A model generated the notes under the pieces. That model had not been told where the DNA came from and ran no database searches. It saw only the letters and a program-made list of their open reading frames with translations. Of a stretch of 61,574 bases of DNA, positions 36,870 through 47,001 are shown piece after piece (the first letter of the stretch is position 1; each line of letters opens with the position of its first letter). Source of the stretch: a bacterium (GTDB taxonomy: Bacteria > Patescibacteriota > Saccharimonadia > CAILAD01 > GCA-016700035); contig JADZGC010000017.1 in assembly GCA_020854115.1 (NCBI GenBank), positions 1 through 61,574 of the forward strand. Direction: 5' to 3'. The translations under genes were made by a program, and so were the position numbers.

Positions 36870-37256
36870 TTACGTCTTAGCCGCAGCCTTCTTACGGCCA
36901 GAACCCATGGTAACTTTCTTGCCACGCTTAGTGCGGCCATTTGTTTTCGTTCGCTGACCTCGTGATGGAAGATTGGCGATATGGCGCAGCCCGCGGTAAG
37001 CCTTGATTTCTTTGAGTCGCTTAATATTGAGCGTCACTCGACGAGAAAGCTCAGCTTCCACTTCGTAATTCGCATCAAGCTCGTTACGCAGCTTAGCAAG
37101 ATCAGCTTCAGTCAAATCCTTCACACGTATATCAGGATTAATATCAAGCTTCTTCAATATATCCTGACTGGACTTAAGTCCGATGCCGTAGACATAGGTT
37201 AGTGCAATTTCAATACGCTTTTCATTTGGTATATTTGTGCCTGCGATACGAGCCAT
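36870..37256 (-). CDS. rpsM: 30S ribosomal protein S13
   Basis: MARIAGTNIPNEKRIEIALTYVYGIG. Confidence 0.95.
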   Translation of the reverse strand: MARIAGTNIPNEKRIEIALTYVYGIGLKSSQDILKKLDINPDIRVKDLTEADLAKLRNELDANYEVEAELSRRVTLNIKRLKEIKAYRGLRHIANLPSRGQRTKTNGRTKRGKKVTMGSGRKKAAAKT

Positions 37257-37266
37257 GGTTTAAATT

Positions 37267-37380
37267 TTATCCTTGACGCTGCTTATGCTTAGGGTTCTCA
37301 CAAATAACACGAACGACGCCCTTACGACGGACGACTTTACAGCGATCACACATTGGCTTAACGCCTGCTCGTACTTTCAT
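37267..37380 (-). CDS. rpmJ: 50S ribosomal protein L36
   Basis: Too short for the ORF track. Minus-strand ATG 37380 to TAA 37267 translates as [37 protein letters not shown]. Confidence 0.9.
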   Translation of the reverse strand: MKVRAGVKPMCDRCKVVRRKGVVRVICENPKHKQRQG

Positions 37381-37423
37381 TTGGTGAGTAATCCCCTAAC
37401 GATTATCTATCTACGACTGCAAC

Positions 37424-37645
37424 TTACCGGTGTCTATACACAATGCGACCCTTTTCGAGATCGTATGGCGTCATTTCCAGCGTAACCTTGTCGCCTGGAA
37501 GAATCTTGATATAGTGCATGCGCATTTTCCCAGAAACGTGCGCCAACACAATATGGCCGTTTTCGAGCTCTACACGAAACTTAACGTTCGGTAGTGCTTC
37601 GACAACCGTGCCTTCTACTTCGATTACTTCCTTTGTACTGGTCAT
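37424..37645 (-). CDS. infA: Translation initiation factor IF-1
   Basis: [48 protein letters not shown]. Confidence 0.95.
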   Translation of the reverse strand: MTSTKEVIEVEGTVVEALPNVKFRVELENGHIVLAHVSGKMRMHYIKILPGDKVTLEMTPYDLEKGRIVYRHR

Positions 37646-37714
37646 AGTTACAGTGCTACAGTAGTTAATTCTATCTGATAATTCCCTATCTGTAAAGCCT
37701 TTTTCATGGGTATT

Positions 37715-39031
37715 TTAGTACTTTTCATAGGTTGCCATCAAAATACGCGATTCGGCCTGTCTCATCGTCTCAATAGCCACTGAAACCAAGATAAATACAC
37801 CTGTACCACCGATCGCAATACTCTCACTACTATCAAAGAATCGCGCTAAAACGAATGGCATAAGAGCTATGAGCCCGAGAGCCAGAGCGCCAGACAGGTT
37901 CAGTCTGCGAATTACTCGCTTCAGATAAGTAGCTGTTTCGTTACCAGGGCGGATTCCAGGGATAAAACCACCTTGCTTCTGGAGGTTTTCAGCTATTTCC
38001 TTGGGCTTAAACACGATAGATGTGTAGAAGAAAGTGAAGACAAAAATCAGGAGGAAATAGGTGGCGGCATAGACTGTCGATTGGGCAGAAAACCAGGTTG
38101 TTAAGTTCTGCGCTAACTGCGCTACCCATGGGGTTTTGGCATTCGCGAGCAACTGACCAAGAAAAGTTGGCACCGAGAGTAAGGCCAGGGCAAAGATTAC
38201 CGGAATCACACCGGCAGTAATAAGCCTGAGCGGTAAATGTGTATCAACGCTATTGTAGCCGGCTAGTGCTGCACTGCGACGCGCATACGAGATTGGTATG
38301 TTGCGCTGCGCTTCATTCACAAGAACCACCACAAAAACAGTTATAAGACCGACTATCCCAAGCAACCCGACCTTCAAGGCCTGACTAGCATCCCCCTGCA
38401 ACAGCGTCAGCTGTTGCGTCACGATTCCTGGTAAACTAGCTACGATTCCAGCAGCGATAATAATTGAGATACCATTGCCGATACCATACTCACTGATGAG
38501 CTCACCTAACCACATCAAGAGCATAGATCCTGCTACCATGGTAAGAATCAAGAATGCCCACTGACCGATGCTGGGGTTCCCGATGAGATCAGTGCCAGTT
38601 GATTGCTGAGATATCTGACGCACAACTGCCACCACCGCAAACGACTGCACCACCGCCAGCGGAACCGTCAGATAGCGCATGTACTGGTTAAGCTGCTGTC
38701 TACCCCGCTCGCCCTCTTTCGAAAGACTCTCCCAAGAGGGAATAACTTGCTGCAACAGCTGCACCACGATTGAAGCGGTAATGTATGGACCGATTCCCAT
38801 GGCAATGATTGAAAAGTTCGAGAGTGCTCCACCAGTAAATAGATTTGCAAATCCGAGAATCGGTGTGCGCGAGAAAAATGAGAGCAAGAAAGTCTGTAAG
38901 CGCTTCGAATCTGGGACTGGAACTGGGATATGGGTAAGTAAGCTGTATATCACAAGAATGCCGGCGATTACGAGTAACCGCTTCCGCAATTCTTTGTTCT
39001 TCCAGAGCTGACTGATGTTCGATCGGTTCAT
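37715..39031 (-). CDS. secY: Preprotein translocase subunit SecY
   Basis: 438 aa, 10-TM profile. FANLFTGGALSNFSIIAMGIGPYITASIVVQLL, and located after rplO. Confidence 0.95.
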   Translation of the reverse strand: MNRSNISQLWKNKELRKRLLVIAGILVIYSLLTHIPVPVPDSKRLQTFLLSFFSRTPILGFANLFTGGALSNFSIIAMGIGPYITASIVVQLLQQVIPSWESLSKEGERGRQQLNQYMRYLTVPLAVVQSFAVVAVVRQISQQSTGTDLIGNPSIGQWAFLILTMVAGSMLLMWLGELISEYGIGNGISIIIAAGIVASLPGIVTQQLTLLQGDASQALKVGLLGIVGLITVFVVVLVNEAQRNIPISYARRSAALAGYNSVDTHLPLRLITAGVIPVIFALALLSVPTFLGQLLANAKTPWVAQLAQNLTTWFSAQSTVYAATYFLLIFVFTFFYTSIVFKPKEIAENLQKQGGFIPGIRPGNETATYLKRVIRRLNLSGALALGLIALMPFVLARFFDSSESIAIGGTGVFILVSVAIETMRQAESRILMATYEKY

Positions 39032-39081
39032 ATCAGTACCCAGTATACCCCATCACTACCCTCCTACGAGTATCTCTTTGC

Positions 39082-39561
39082 TTACTTTGCGTCTTTTTTG
39101 TCGGTTGCAGTAGCCTTGGCCTTCGCAAGCTCAACAATCTTGATCGAGCCGCCGACTTTTTCTACTGCCTTCAGGGCTGGCTGTGAGCTAGCTTGGACTT
39201 CGATAGTGAGAGCGTCTTTAGGGGTTCCTGGACCAACCAACTTCACAGGTCTATCTGCGTACTTAATAAGGCCTAATTTTTTCAGGGTTTCTGCATCAAC
39301 CTTCTTGGTGCCCGTAGCGTCAAGTTGAGCAAGGCGAACAAGCTGATACGAAACGCCGGCGTGCTTGAAGCCGCGAGCTTTAGGCAATCGCATCGAAAGC
39401 TTTGTCTGTCCACCTTCGAACCCTGGCTTAAGCTTCTTACCCGTACGAGCTTTTTGACCCTTTGTGCCCCGTCCAGCTGTCTTGCCGCCGCCAGCAGATA
39501 TACCGCGACCTACTCGTGATGACTTAGTATGGGCCTTGAGGGTTAATTCATGAAACTTCAT
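39082..39561 (-). CDS. rplO: 50S ribosomal protein L15
   Basis: RVGRGISAGGGKTAGRGTKGQKAR...GFEGGQ. Confidence 0.95.
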   Translation of the reverse strand: MKFHELTLKAHTKSSRVGRGISAGGGKTAGRGTKGQKARTGKKLKPGFEGGQTKLSMRLPKARGFKHAGVSYQLVRLAQLDATGTKKVDAETLKKLGLIKYADRPVKLVGPGTPKDALTIEVQASSQPALKAVEKVGGSIKIVELAKAKATATDKKDAK

Positions 39562-40088
39562 TTCGAGACCTCCTTCGTGGCTTCATCGGCAGACTTGCCG
39601 CGAACTGGTGCGTGATTAAGAGACTGTAATGCCACAAGTGTCGCATTGGCATTGTTGATCTTATTCGTACTACCAAGTGCCTTGGTAAAAACATCACGTA
39701 CACCCGCTACTTCAAGCACAGAGCGAACAGCGCCACCGGCAATTACACCAGTTCCTTCAGGTGCAGGCTTCATAAACACCCGTGCTCCACCAAATTTAGC
39801 CCCTACTTCGTGGGCAATAGTAGTACCGGTGAGCTGCAAGGTAAACATACTCTTGCGGCCTACGAGTGTTGCCTTCTGGATAGCCGAGGTAACATCGCGA
39901 CCCTTACCTACGCCTACGCCGACGCCACCATGGCCATCACCAACAACAACCGTCGCGCGAAAACGGAAACGGCGACCACCTTTTACTACACGGGCGACAC
40001 GATCAAGCGAGATCATTCGCTCGATAAGTTCTGGTCCATTGACATCTTGAGCCTGCTTCATACCAGGTTGTGTATTCGTTGGTCGCAT
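39558..40088 (-). CDS. rpsE: 30S ribosomal protein S5
   Basis: VARVVKGGRRFRFRATVVVGDGHGGVGVGVGKGRDV. I prefer ATG 40088, 1 nt after the rplR stop, to the track's 40121. Confidence 0.9.
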   Translation of the reverse strand: MRPTNTQPGMKQAQDVNGPELIERMISLDRVARVVKGGRRFRFRATVVVGDGHGGVGVGVGKGRDVTSAIQKATLVGRKSMFTLQLTGTTIAHEVGAKFGGARVFMKPAPEGTGVIAGGAVRSVLEVAGVRDVFTKALGSTNKINNANATLVALQSLNHAPVRGKSADEATKEVSK

Positions 40089-40089
40089 A

Positions 40090-40452
40090 TTATATCTCCA
40101 ATCCTTTCTCTCGTGCAGCATCAGCTAATGCGGCGACTCGTCCATGATACTGTTTTGCACCACGATCAAAAGTAGCGGCAGTAATCTTAACTTTCAATGC
40201 AGCATCGGCAATTTCTTGCCCAACCCAGACTGCTTTTTCAGTCATAGTTTTTTTAGCGACGGCTTTTTGGCCTACGGTAGACACTGATACGAGGGTCTTC
40301 TGTGCATCGTCATCGATAAGCTGAGCGGCAACATGCTTCAGCGAAACATGCACGCTTAATCGTGGACGTTCTGTAGTGCCATGAAGACGAGCGCGAGTAC
40401 GCAAACCGCGGCGGATAGTATGATTTCGTTTAAGTCGTAATTCTTTTAGCAT
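40090..40452 (-). CDS. rplR: 50S ribosomal protein L18
   Basis: RARLHGTTERPRLSVHVSLKHVAAQLIDD...FDRGAKQYHGRVAALADAAREKG. Confidence 0.95.
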   Translation of the reverse strand: MLKELRLKRNHTIRRGLRTRARLHGTTERPRLSVHVSLKHVAAQLIDDDAQKTLVSVSTVGQKAVAKKTMTEKAVWVGQEIADAALKVKITAATFDRGAKQYHGRVAALADAAREKGLEI

Positions 40453-40463
40453 AATAATCTTCC

Positions 40464-41006
40464 TTATGCAGCCTTAGCTGCAGCCTTTCCAGCTTTACGT
40501 CGGATGCGCTCATCGGCGTACTTAATACCCTTACCTTTATATGGTTCAGGCTTCTTCAATGCGCGAATCTCGGCAGCTACGGCACCGACTTGCTGCTTAT
40601 CGGCTCCACTGACAGTAATGGAATTGCCTTCTACTTGCAGTTCAATGCCTTCTGGCGCCTTGAAGTCGATCTTATGAGAGAAGCCAAGTGCAAATTGCAG
40701 ATCATTACCCCTTTTCTCTACACGAAATCCAACGCCATTCATTTCCAGCTTCTTCGCGAAGCCATTCGTCACACCTTGTACGGCATTATCGATGAGCGTA
40801 CGCAAAAGCCCAAACTGAGCATTTGTGATACGATTCTGAACCTGCTGCTCAACGACAAGCTGCTCAGCATCTTGCTTGATCGTAAAGCCAGGAGCAATCG
40901 TCACTTGGAGCTCACCTTTTGGCCCTTGAGCCGTAAGCGTTTGCTCTGCGATTGCCACAGTCGTGCCAGCAGGGATTGTAATGGGGTTTCGTCCTATTCT
41001 ACTCAT
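40464..41006 (-). CDS. rplF: 50S ribosomal protein L6
   Basis: MSRIGRNPITIPAGTTV...PEPYKGKGIKY. Confidence 0.95.
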   Translation of the reverse strand: MSRIGRNPITIPAGTTVAIAEQTLTAQGPKGELQVTIAPGFTIKQDAEQLVVEQQVQNRITNAQFGLLRTLIDNAVQGVTNGFAKKLEMNGVGFRVEKRGNDLQFALGFSHKIDFKAPEGIELQVEGNSITVSGADKQQVGAVAAEIRALKKPEPYKGKGIKYADERIRRKAGKAAAKAA

Positions 41007-41012
41007 AGCGTT

Positions 41013-41408
41013 TTACCATACCTTACAGATTAATTCACCACCGAGACCTTTGGCTCGTGCTTCGTACCCGGTCATAACACCAGCGGAAGTTGAAACGATC
41101 ACGATGCCACGGCCACCTAAGACACGAGGGATCTCATCACGTCTGGCGTACATACGACGTCCTGGCTTTGACACTCGCTGAATAGCAGTCAGTGGCTTCT
41201 TGACCTGAGTCTGATCAATAACCAGTTTCATTTGTTTTGCGACAGTAGCTTCGTCGACAATAATCTCTGAAAGATAGCCATTTTTCTTAAGAATTTCAGC
41301 AATGTGTGCCTTCATCTTCGAGTACGGCAAAGTCACTTCGCTCTTGCCAACAGCAACGGCGTTGCGAATTCGAGTGAGCATATCTGCGATTGGATCTGTT
41401 GTAATCAT
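41013..41408 (-). CDS. rpsH: 30S ribosomal protein S8
   Basis: MITTDPIADMLTRIRNA from ATG 41408; the track start 41423 adds 5 residues. Confidence 0.92.
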   Translation of the reverse strand: MITTDPIADMLTRIRNAVAVGKSEVTLPYSKMKAHIAEILKKNGYLSEIIVDEATVAKQMKLVIDQTQVKKPLTAIQRVSKPGRRMYARRDEIPRVLGGRGIVIVSTSAGVMTGYEARAKGLGGELICKVW

Positions 41409-41416
41409 ATCTTTGC

Positions 41417-41686
41417 CTACCAACTAGCCTTTCTCACGCCAGGGATTTCCCCCTTGGAGGCGTGTTCACGAAACGTGATGCGCGACAGACCGTATTGTCG
41501 GATATAGCCGCGGCTACGGCCGGTAATCTCACAGCGGTTACGTTGACGGATCGGGTTTGCATTTCGTGGGAGTTTAGCCAGGCCCTCAAGGTCACCGGCT
41601 GCCCTCATTTCTGCACGCTTAGCTGCGTATTTGTCGGCCAATTTGGTACGTTTCTTTTCACGTTCGAAGAGTGCTTTTCGAGCCAT
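41417..41686 (-). CDS. rpsN: 30S ribosomal protein S14 (long form)
   Basis: [13 protein letters not shown]...[26 protein letters not shown]...ASW. Confidence 0.95.
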   Translation of the reverse strand: MARKALFEREKKRTKLADKYAAKRAEMRAAGDLEGLAKLPRNANPIRQRNRCEITGRSRGYIRQYGLSRITFREHASKGEIPGVRKASW

Positions 41687-41688
41687 GG

Positions 41689-42237
41689 TTACTTCTCCTT
41701 CCTTTCGAGCGGTACGCCGAGGGTGCGCAAGAGCGCCTCTCCTTGCTCCTTATTTTTTGCTGTTGTCACGAGCGTGATCTGAATACCGTGGGTCTGATTA
41801 GCTTCTTCGTAGCTAATCTCCGGGAATACCGTGTGCTCGGTCAGTCCGATAGAATAATTCCCATGCGAGTCAAAAGCCTTAACTGAAAGCCCATGAAAAT
41901 CACGCACACGAGGAAGCACGATTGAGTTCAAGCGATCGAGGAAGTCATACATGCGTTCAGTGCGGAGTGTTACTTTAGCACCAATTGCATTCCCCTCGCG
42001 AAGCTTGAATCCAGCGATACTGTTCTTGGCTTTGGTGATTACAGGCTGCTGACCAGTAAGTTTACGCAGAGTAGCCACAGCTGTATCAAGATACTTCTGG
42101 TCAACTACAGCACGACCAACACCAACCGATACAACCACCTTAATCAAGCGTGGTGTCTGATGGACGTTAGTGAGCTTGAGCTGATCTTTCAAGCTCGTAG
42201 CGAGTTCTGTTCGATATTTTTCCTGTAAGCGATTCAT
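41689..42237 (-). CDS. rplE: 50S ribosomal protein L5
   Basis: [11 protein letters not shown]...VVVSVGVG...[15 protein letters not shown]. Confidence 0.95.
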   Translation of the reverse strand: MNRLQEKYRTELATSLKDQLKLTNVHQTPRLIKVVVSVGVGRAVVDQKYLDTAVATLRKLTGQQPVITKAKNSIAGFKLREGNAIGAKVTLRTERMYDFLDRLNSIVLPRVRDFHGLSVKAFDSHGNYSIGLTEHTVFPEISYEEANQTHGIQITLVTTAKNKEQGEALLRTLGVPLERKEK

Positions 42238-42596
42238 TTCTTCACCTCAGCCTTCTTCTCGGCTGGCTTCTCAGTTGCTTTCTTGGTCTTCTTGTTGCCA
42301 AACTGAGCTACTTTAAAGACTCGTTCTTTACCATTCTTCGTCACCTTGTAGCCGACTCGAGCTGGCTTATTGGTCTTTGGGTCTAAAATCATAACTTTTG
42401 CACTATCAATTGGCTTCGTGAGCTCAATGATGCCACCCTTAGGATTTTGAGTGGTTGGCTTGGCGTGGCGCTTCACGACATTTACGCCCGCTACAACTAC
42501 CTTATTGAGTTTCGGTAGCACAGCCATAATTTCGCCAGTCTTACCTTTATCACGCCCAGCAATAATCATTACTTTATCTTTTAGCTTGAGCTTCAT
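42234..42596 (-). CDS. rplX: 50S ribosomal protein L24 (Lys-rich tail)
   Basis: KLKDKVMIIAGRDKGKTGEIMAV (KOW motif). Confidence 0.95.
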   Translation of the reverse strand: MKLKLKDKVMIIAGRDKGKTGEIMAVLPKLNKVVVAGVNVVKRHAKPTTQNPKGGIIELTKPIDSAKVMILDPKTNKPARVGYKVTKNGKERVFKVAQFGNKKTKKATEKPAEKKAEVKK

Positions 42597-42964
42597 TAGA
42601 GCACCTCCGGCGCGAGCGAGACAATCTTCATATAGCCACGGTCTCGCAATTCGCGAGCTACAGGTCCAAAAATACGTGTTCCGCGTGGCTGGCCTTGCTT
42701 ATCGATAATCACGGCTGCATTTTCGTCAAAGCGAATCACACTACCATCAGCACGACGAGTCTGATTGACAGTACGCACCACGACAGCCTGTACGACTTCT
42801 TTTTTCTTGACAGTGCCGTTTGGTGTTGCGGTCTTGACTGAGGCAACAATCACATCGCCGATATGGGCATATCGGCGCTTCGATCCGCCAAGTACCTTAA
42901 TGCAAAAGATGCGCTTTGCACCAGTGTTGTCGGCAGCCTTCAGTATAGTCTGCGGCTGGATCAT
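42596..42964 (-). CDS. rplN: 50S ribosomal protein L14
   Basis: [28 protein letters not shown]. Confidence 0.97.
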   Translation of the reverse strand: MIQPQTILKAADNTGAKRIFCIKVLGGSKRRYAHIGDVIVASVKTATPNGTVKKKEVVQAVVVRTVNQTRRADGSVIRFDENAAVIIDKQGQPRGTRIFGPVARELRDRGYMKIVSLAPEVL

Positions 42965-43224
42965 AACTTTGCCTCCTCTGACTTTGGAGCAGCTTCAAGA
43001 ATCTTTGTGATAGCAAAGCGCTTATCGCTACTTATAGGACGAGTTTCAGCAATCTCGACTACGTCACCGATCTGAGCGGTATTGTAGGCGTCATGCGCCT
43101 TAAAGCGAGTGCTAATAGTAAAACGCTTACGGTAAATCGGATGATTCTTCGCACGCTCAACCAACACGATAGCAGTCTTGTCCATCTTGTTTGATACAAC
43201 TTTTCCGATCATTGTTCTAGCCAT
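42961..43224 (-). CDS. rpsQ: 30S ribosomal protein S17
   Basis: [29 protein letters not shown]...[13 protein letters not shown]. Confidence 0.95.
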   Translation of the reverse strand: MARTMIGKVVSNKMDKTAIVLVERAKNHPIYRKRFTISTRFKAHDAYNTAQIGDVVEIAETRPISSDKRFAITKILEAAPKSEEAKL

Positions 43225-43429
43225 TTTGCTTCTCCAATTCAGCCATCTCTCGCTCGGACTGCACGGTCAGAGCTCGGGCCACTATTCGCTTAAGGTTGTG
43301 AATCTCTTTCACGTTCTTTACTTCTTTGGTGCGCATATCGATATGAGCTTGAGCGATTTTTTCACGAGTTTCAGTTACGAGTCGCCCGAGTTCGGCATCG
43401 TTTTTGGCGCGAATTTCTGTCATTTTCAT
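43217..43429 (-). CDS. rpmC: 50S ribosomal protein L29
   Basis: 70 aa, EIRAKNDAELGRLV...IHNLKRIVARALTV. Located between rplP and rpsQ. Confidence 0.92.
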   Translation of the reverse strand: MKMTEIRAKNDAELGRLVTETREKIAQAHIDMRTKEVKNVKEIHNLKRIVARALTVQSEREMAELEKQNG

Positions 43430-43431
43430 GA

Positions 43432-43848
43432 TTATTCTCCTGCCTCACGAGTTACAAAGCGTGACTTCACAGGAAGCTTTCGGCCAGCCAGGCGCATTGC
43501 TTCTTTTGCTACTTCTTCAGTAACGCCATCGAGCTCAAAAATAATGCGACCAGCTTGGACTTTTGCAACGTAGTGATCTACTGCACCCTTGCCTGAACCC
43601 ATGCGTACTTCATTTGGCTTTTGTGTGACTGGGGTATGCGGGAAAACACGAATCCAAACCTTACCACCACGCTTGATATAGCGTGTCATAGCACGACGAG
43701 CAGCTTCGATCTGACGTGAAGTCAATCGATCGTTTTCGAGTACGCGCAGGCCATACCGACCGAAGTCGATGTTTGTACCACGCGTAGCGGCACCGACGTT
43801 TTTGCCCTTAAAGGCTTTTCGGAATTTAGTTTTACGTGGGAGTAACAT
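43432..43848 (-). CDS. rplP: 50S ribosomal protein L16
   Basis: [16 protein letters not shown] from ATG 43848. The track start 43878 overlaps rpsC. Confidence 0.93.
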   Translation of the reverse strand: MLLPRKTKFRKAFKGKNVGAATRGTNIDFGRYGLRVLENDRLTSRQIEAARRAMTRYIKRGGKVWIRVFPHTPVTQKPNEVRMGSGKGAVDHYVAKVQAGRIIFELDGVTEEVAKEAMRLAGRKLPVKSRFVTREAGE

Positions 43849-43850
43849 GA

Positions 43851-44477
43851 TTAGTTTTCCTCTCCTCGATAAATCCAAACCTTCACGCCGATAATACCGA
43901 AGGTCGTCGTAGCTTCTGCGGTCGCATAGCTAATCTTGGCGCGAATGGTATGCAGCGGGATACTGCCTTCAGCAACAGTTTCGCGACGTGCCATATCAGC
44001 GCCATTCAGTCGTCCAGATACGCTTGCCTTTACACCAAGTGCACCAGCCTTCATGCTATTCTCAACAGCATTCTTGAGAATACGGCGGAATGGCATACGG
44101 CGCTCAAGGGCGCTGGCGATATTATTTGCGACCAGTTGTGCCTCAAGGTCAGGCTGGCGAATCTCTTCGATATTAATACGCATCTTGCCATAGATCACCC
44201 TTGAGAGGGCTTCTTTGAGAGCTGTAGTACCCGAGCCACCGCGACCAATAACGACACCAGGCTTAGCAGTATAAATAGTAATTACCACTTCACCGGTGGA
44301 GCGCTCGATCTCGACGCGCGCAACTGCCGCACGAAAACCAAGCATATCACCGACTACCTTGCGGATTTGCAAGTCTTGCTTCAAGAGCGATTTGTAATCA
44401 CGTTCAGCAAACCAGCGACTACGCCACTGTCGATCAGCGGCAAGACGCAATGAAATTGGATTAATTTTTTGTCCCAT
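43851..44477 (-). CDS. rpsC: 30S ribosomal protein S3
   Basis: [12 protein letters not shown]...KH domain...[12 protein letters not shown]. Confidence 0.97.
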   Translation of the reverse strand: MGQKINPISLRLAADRQWRSRWFAERDYKSLLKQDLQIRKVVGDMLGFRAAVARVEIERSTGEVVITIYTAKPGVVIGRGGSGTTALKEALSRVIYGKMRINIEEIRQPDLEAQLVANNIASALERRMPFRRILKNAVENSMKAGALGVKASVSGRLNGADMARRETVAEGSIPLHTIRAKISYATAEATTTFGIIGVKVWIYRGEEN

Positions 44478-44872
44478 TACTTGGCTTCCTTCTTCATTAC
44501 GGGCTGTTTTTTAACAGCTTTTTTCTTTTCTGACGCAGCTTCGTCGGTGACAACAACTGTCAGGTGCGAACTGCGGTGCAAAATTGGATGCGCCATACCG
44601 CGAGAGCGTGGTCGGAAGCGTTCTTGTGCCGGACCTTCATCAACACGAATTTCTGCCACGCGCAGCATGCTCTTGCGCAAGTTGTGGTTGTTTTCTGCGT
44701 TTGCGACAGCACTCTTCAGGGCATCAGCAACCATCGCAGCTCCTTTCTTTGGAGTAGCTGCGAGCAAGTACTCAGCATCAATCACGCGTGCGTTGCGTAC
44801 GAGGTCCGCACTCAGGCGCAGTTTGCGAGCAGATATCTTGAGTCCGCGAGCTTTTGCAATTACTTTCATCAC
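44477..44872 (-). CDS. rplV: 50S ribosomal protein L22
   Basis: KARGLKISARKLRLSADLVRN...RFRPRSRGMAHPILHRSSHLTVVV. Confidence 0.95.
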   Translation of the reverse strand: MMKVIAKARGLKISARKLRLSADLVRNARVIDAEYLLAATPKKGAAMVADALKSAVANAENNHNLRKSMLRVAEIRVDEGPAQERFRPRSRGMAHPILHRSSHLTVVVTDEAASEKKKAVKKQPVMKKEAK

Positions 44873-44873
44873 G

Positions 44874-45149
44874 TTATCCTTGCGCCTTTGCTAATTTACC
44901 ACCGTGCCCACGGAATTTGCGGGTTGGTGCAAATTCACCAAGCTTGTGACCAACCATGTTCTCAGTCACGAACACAGGAAGGTGTGACTTGCCATTGTGA
45001 ACAGCGATGGTCTTGCCGACCATTTCAGGAGTAATCGAACTTGCGCGTGCCCAAGTCTTGATCACGGTTTTGTCAGTTGGTCCGAGAGCCAATACTTTCT
45101 TAAGAAGTTTACGGTCTACGTATGGGCCTTTTTTGAGTGAACGGCTCAT
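44874..45149 (-). CDS. rpsS: 30S ribosomal protein S19
   Basis: [19 protein letters not shown]...[16 protein letters not shown]. Confidence 0.97.
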   Translation of the reverse strand: MSRSLKKGPYVDRKLLKKVLALGPTDKTVIKTWARASSITPEMVGKTIAVHNGKSHLPVFVTENMVGHKLGEFAPTRKFRGHGGKLAKAQG

Positions 45150-45152
45150 CGA

Positions 45153-45980
45153 TTACTTTCCTTTCCTTGAGCGAACTATATATTTATCAGTTGCACGACG
45201 ACGGCGAGTCTTCGCACCAAGCGCAGGCTTACCCCAAGGAGTAACTGGGCGCTTCAAACCAATTGAAGTACCGCCCTCACCACCACCGTGACGGTGATCG
45301 TTCGGGTTCATAGCCTTACCACGCACAGTCGGTCGGATACCGCGGCGACGAGTACGGCCAGCAGAACCACCACGTACGAGACTATGACTTTCATTGCCAA
45401 CTGCCCCTATGGTTGCATAGCACTCCTGACGAACAAGACGCATCTCACCCGATGGAAGCTTTACGGTAGCATAATCGCCTTCTTTTGCGGCGAGCTGAGC
45501 CTTCATACCGGCACTGCGCACTAACTGACCGCCTTTCCCTGGAGTCAATTCAATATTGTAGATCGTACTACCAAGCGGAATCTGCGAGAGCGGCATACGA
45601 TTATGCTCTTTGATATCAGTTTCTGGTTTAGCAGAGATCGTGTCACCAACTTTCATGCCGGCTCCAGCAATAATATAAGCCTTCTTGCCTTTTTCACTCT
45701 TCACGAGTGCGATGTTTGCAGAACGACCTGGATCATATTCGATGGCGATAATCTCAGCACTTTCGAGCTTAGTCTGGGCGAAGTCAACGATACGTAGGGC
45801 GCGCTTTACGCCGCCACCACGGTGGCGAACAGTAATCTTACCCTGATTGTTGCGGCCAGCTTTTTGCTTGCGCTTCAGAAGAAGGCTTTTTTCTGGCTTC
45901 GTCTTTGTAATCTCTTCAAATGCGTTCACGCTCATAGCGCGACGTGCGCCTGTGTTTGGCTTATAGACTCGGATTGCCAT
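45153..45980 (-). CDS. rplB: 50S ribosomal protein L2
   Basis: [16 protein letters not shown]...[13 protein letters not shown]. Confidence 0.97.
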   Translation of the reverse strand: MAIRVYKPNTGARRAMSVNAFEEITKTKPEKSLLLKRKQKAGRNNQGKITVRHRGGGVKRALRIVDFAQTKLESAEIIAIEYDPGRSANIALVKSEKGKKAYIIAGAGMKVGDTISAKPETDIKEHNRMPLSQIPLGSTIYNIELTPGKGGQLVRSAGMKAQLAAKEGDYATVKLPSGEMRLVRQECYATIGAVGNESHSLVRGGSAGRTRRRGIRPTVRGKAMNPNDHRHGGGEGGTSIGLKRPVTPWGKPALGAKTRRRRATDKYIVRSRKGK

Positions 45981-46369
45981 TATTTCTTCTCCGCCTTCTG
46001 CTTATCGGCCCGTTCTACCCTCTTAGCCCTATCGGAAGCTTTCGCGTCTTTGTCATTTTTGCTGCGCACCTTGGTCTTTACTTCTTCTTCCTGACCGAGA
46101 TTAAATGCAGCAATTGACTGACCCTTTGTCAGAGTAACGTAAGCTTTCTTGGTATCAACACGACGGCCTTTGATTTGCTTGAATCGCTTGAGCTTACCTT
46201 TCGCAATACTTACACGTACATATGTTGGGTCAACCTTAAACTGGGTCTTCACTGCTTCAGCAATAGTCAGCTTATTCGCAGACATTGGCACAACAAACAC
46301 ATACGTACCCTGGCCTGCCTGCATCAGGCTTTTTTCAGTAATGACTGGCTTGAGTACCATCTGACTCAT
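45980..46369 (-). CDS. rplW: 50S ribosomal protein L23 (with ~30-aa Lys-rich C-terminal extension)
   Basis: [41 protein letters not shown], then a [32 protein letters not shown] tail. Confidence 0.93.
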   Translation of the reverse strand: MSQMVLKPVITEKSLMQAGQGTYVFVVPMSANKLTIAEAVKTQFKVDPTYVRVSIAKGKLKRFKQIKGRRVDTKKAYVTLTKGQSIAAFNLGQEEEVKTKVRSKNDKDAKASDRAKRVERADKQKAEKK

Positions 46370-47001
46370 TTCTTATCTCCTAGCCAGGTATTAATCTCTT
46401 CAAGCGCCTTCTTGGTAACAACAATATGGTCGACATCGAGAATATCGTTTACCTGAAGGAGTCGTGCTTCTGTAGCTGTTACGCGTGGTAGATTACGTGT
46501 TGCGCGCTGAACTAATGCTGAGCACTCTTCGACGACCAGAAGTACACTTCCGGTCAAGCCCATCTTTGCAAACAAAGTGGCCGTAGCTTTTACTTTTGCG
46601 TCAGCATTATCATAACTTTCGATCACGGCAATGGCTTTTGCTCCTGCTTTCACTGAGAGGGCTTGAGCCAAACTCGCACGAATAGCCTTTTTGGGGAGAT
46701 TAATGGCATAATTTTGCTCGCCAGTAGGGCCGAATACTGTACCACCCCCGCGCCAGATAGGATTTCGGATAGAGCCAGTACGCGCTCGGCCGGTGCCTTT
46801 TTGACGCCATGGCTTCTTACCGCCACCTGCGATTTCGCCACGTGTCTTTGTTTTAGCTGTAGCTTGGCGCTTATTTGCAAGCGTGCGAGTGTAGGCGACC
46901 TTAAGAAGCTGCATATTTACTTCGCGACCAAAGACACCTTTATCAAGTGAGGTCTCGGCAGCTGCCTTCGAACCAGTCTTAGTAAAAGTAGTTACCTTCA
47001 T
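46366..47001 (-). CDS. rplD: 50S ribosomal protein L4
   Basis: GEIAGGGKKPWRQKGTGRARTGSIRNPIWRGGGTVFGP. Confidence 0.97.
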   Translation of the reverse strand: MKVTTFTKTGSKAAAETSLDKGVFGREVNMQLLKVAYTRTLANKRQATAKTKTRGEIAGGGKKPWRQKGTGRARTGSIRNPIWRGGGTVFGPTGEQNYAINLPKKAIRASLAQALSVKAGAKAIAVIESYDNADAKVKATATLFAKMGLTGSVLLVVEECSALVQRATRNLPRVTATEARLLQVNDILDVDHIVVTKKALEEINTWLGDKK

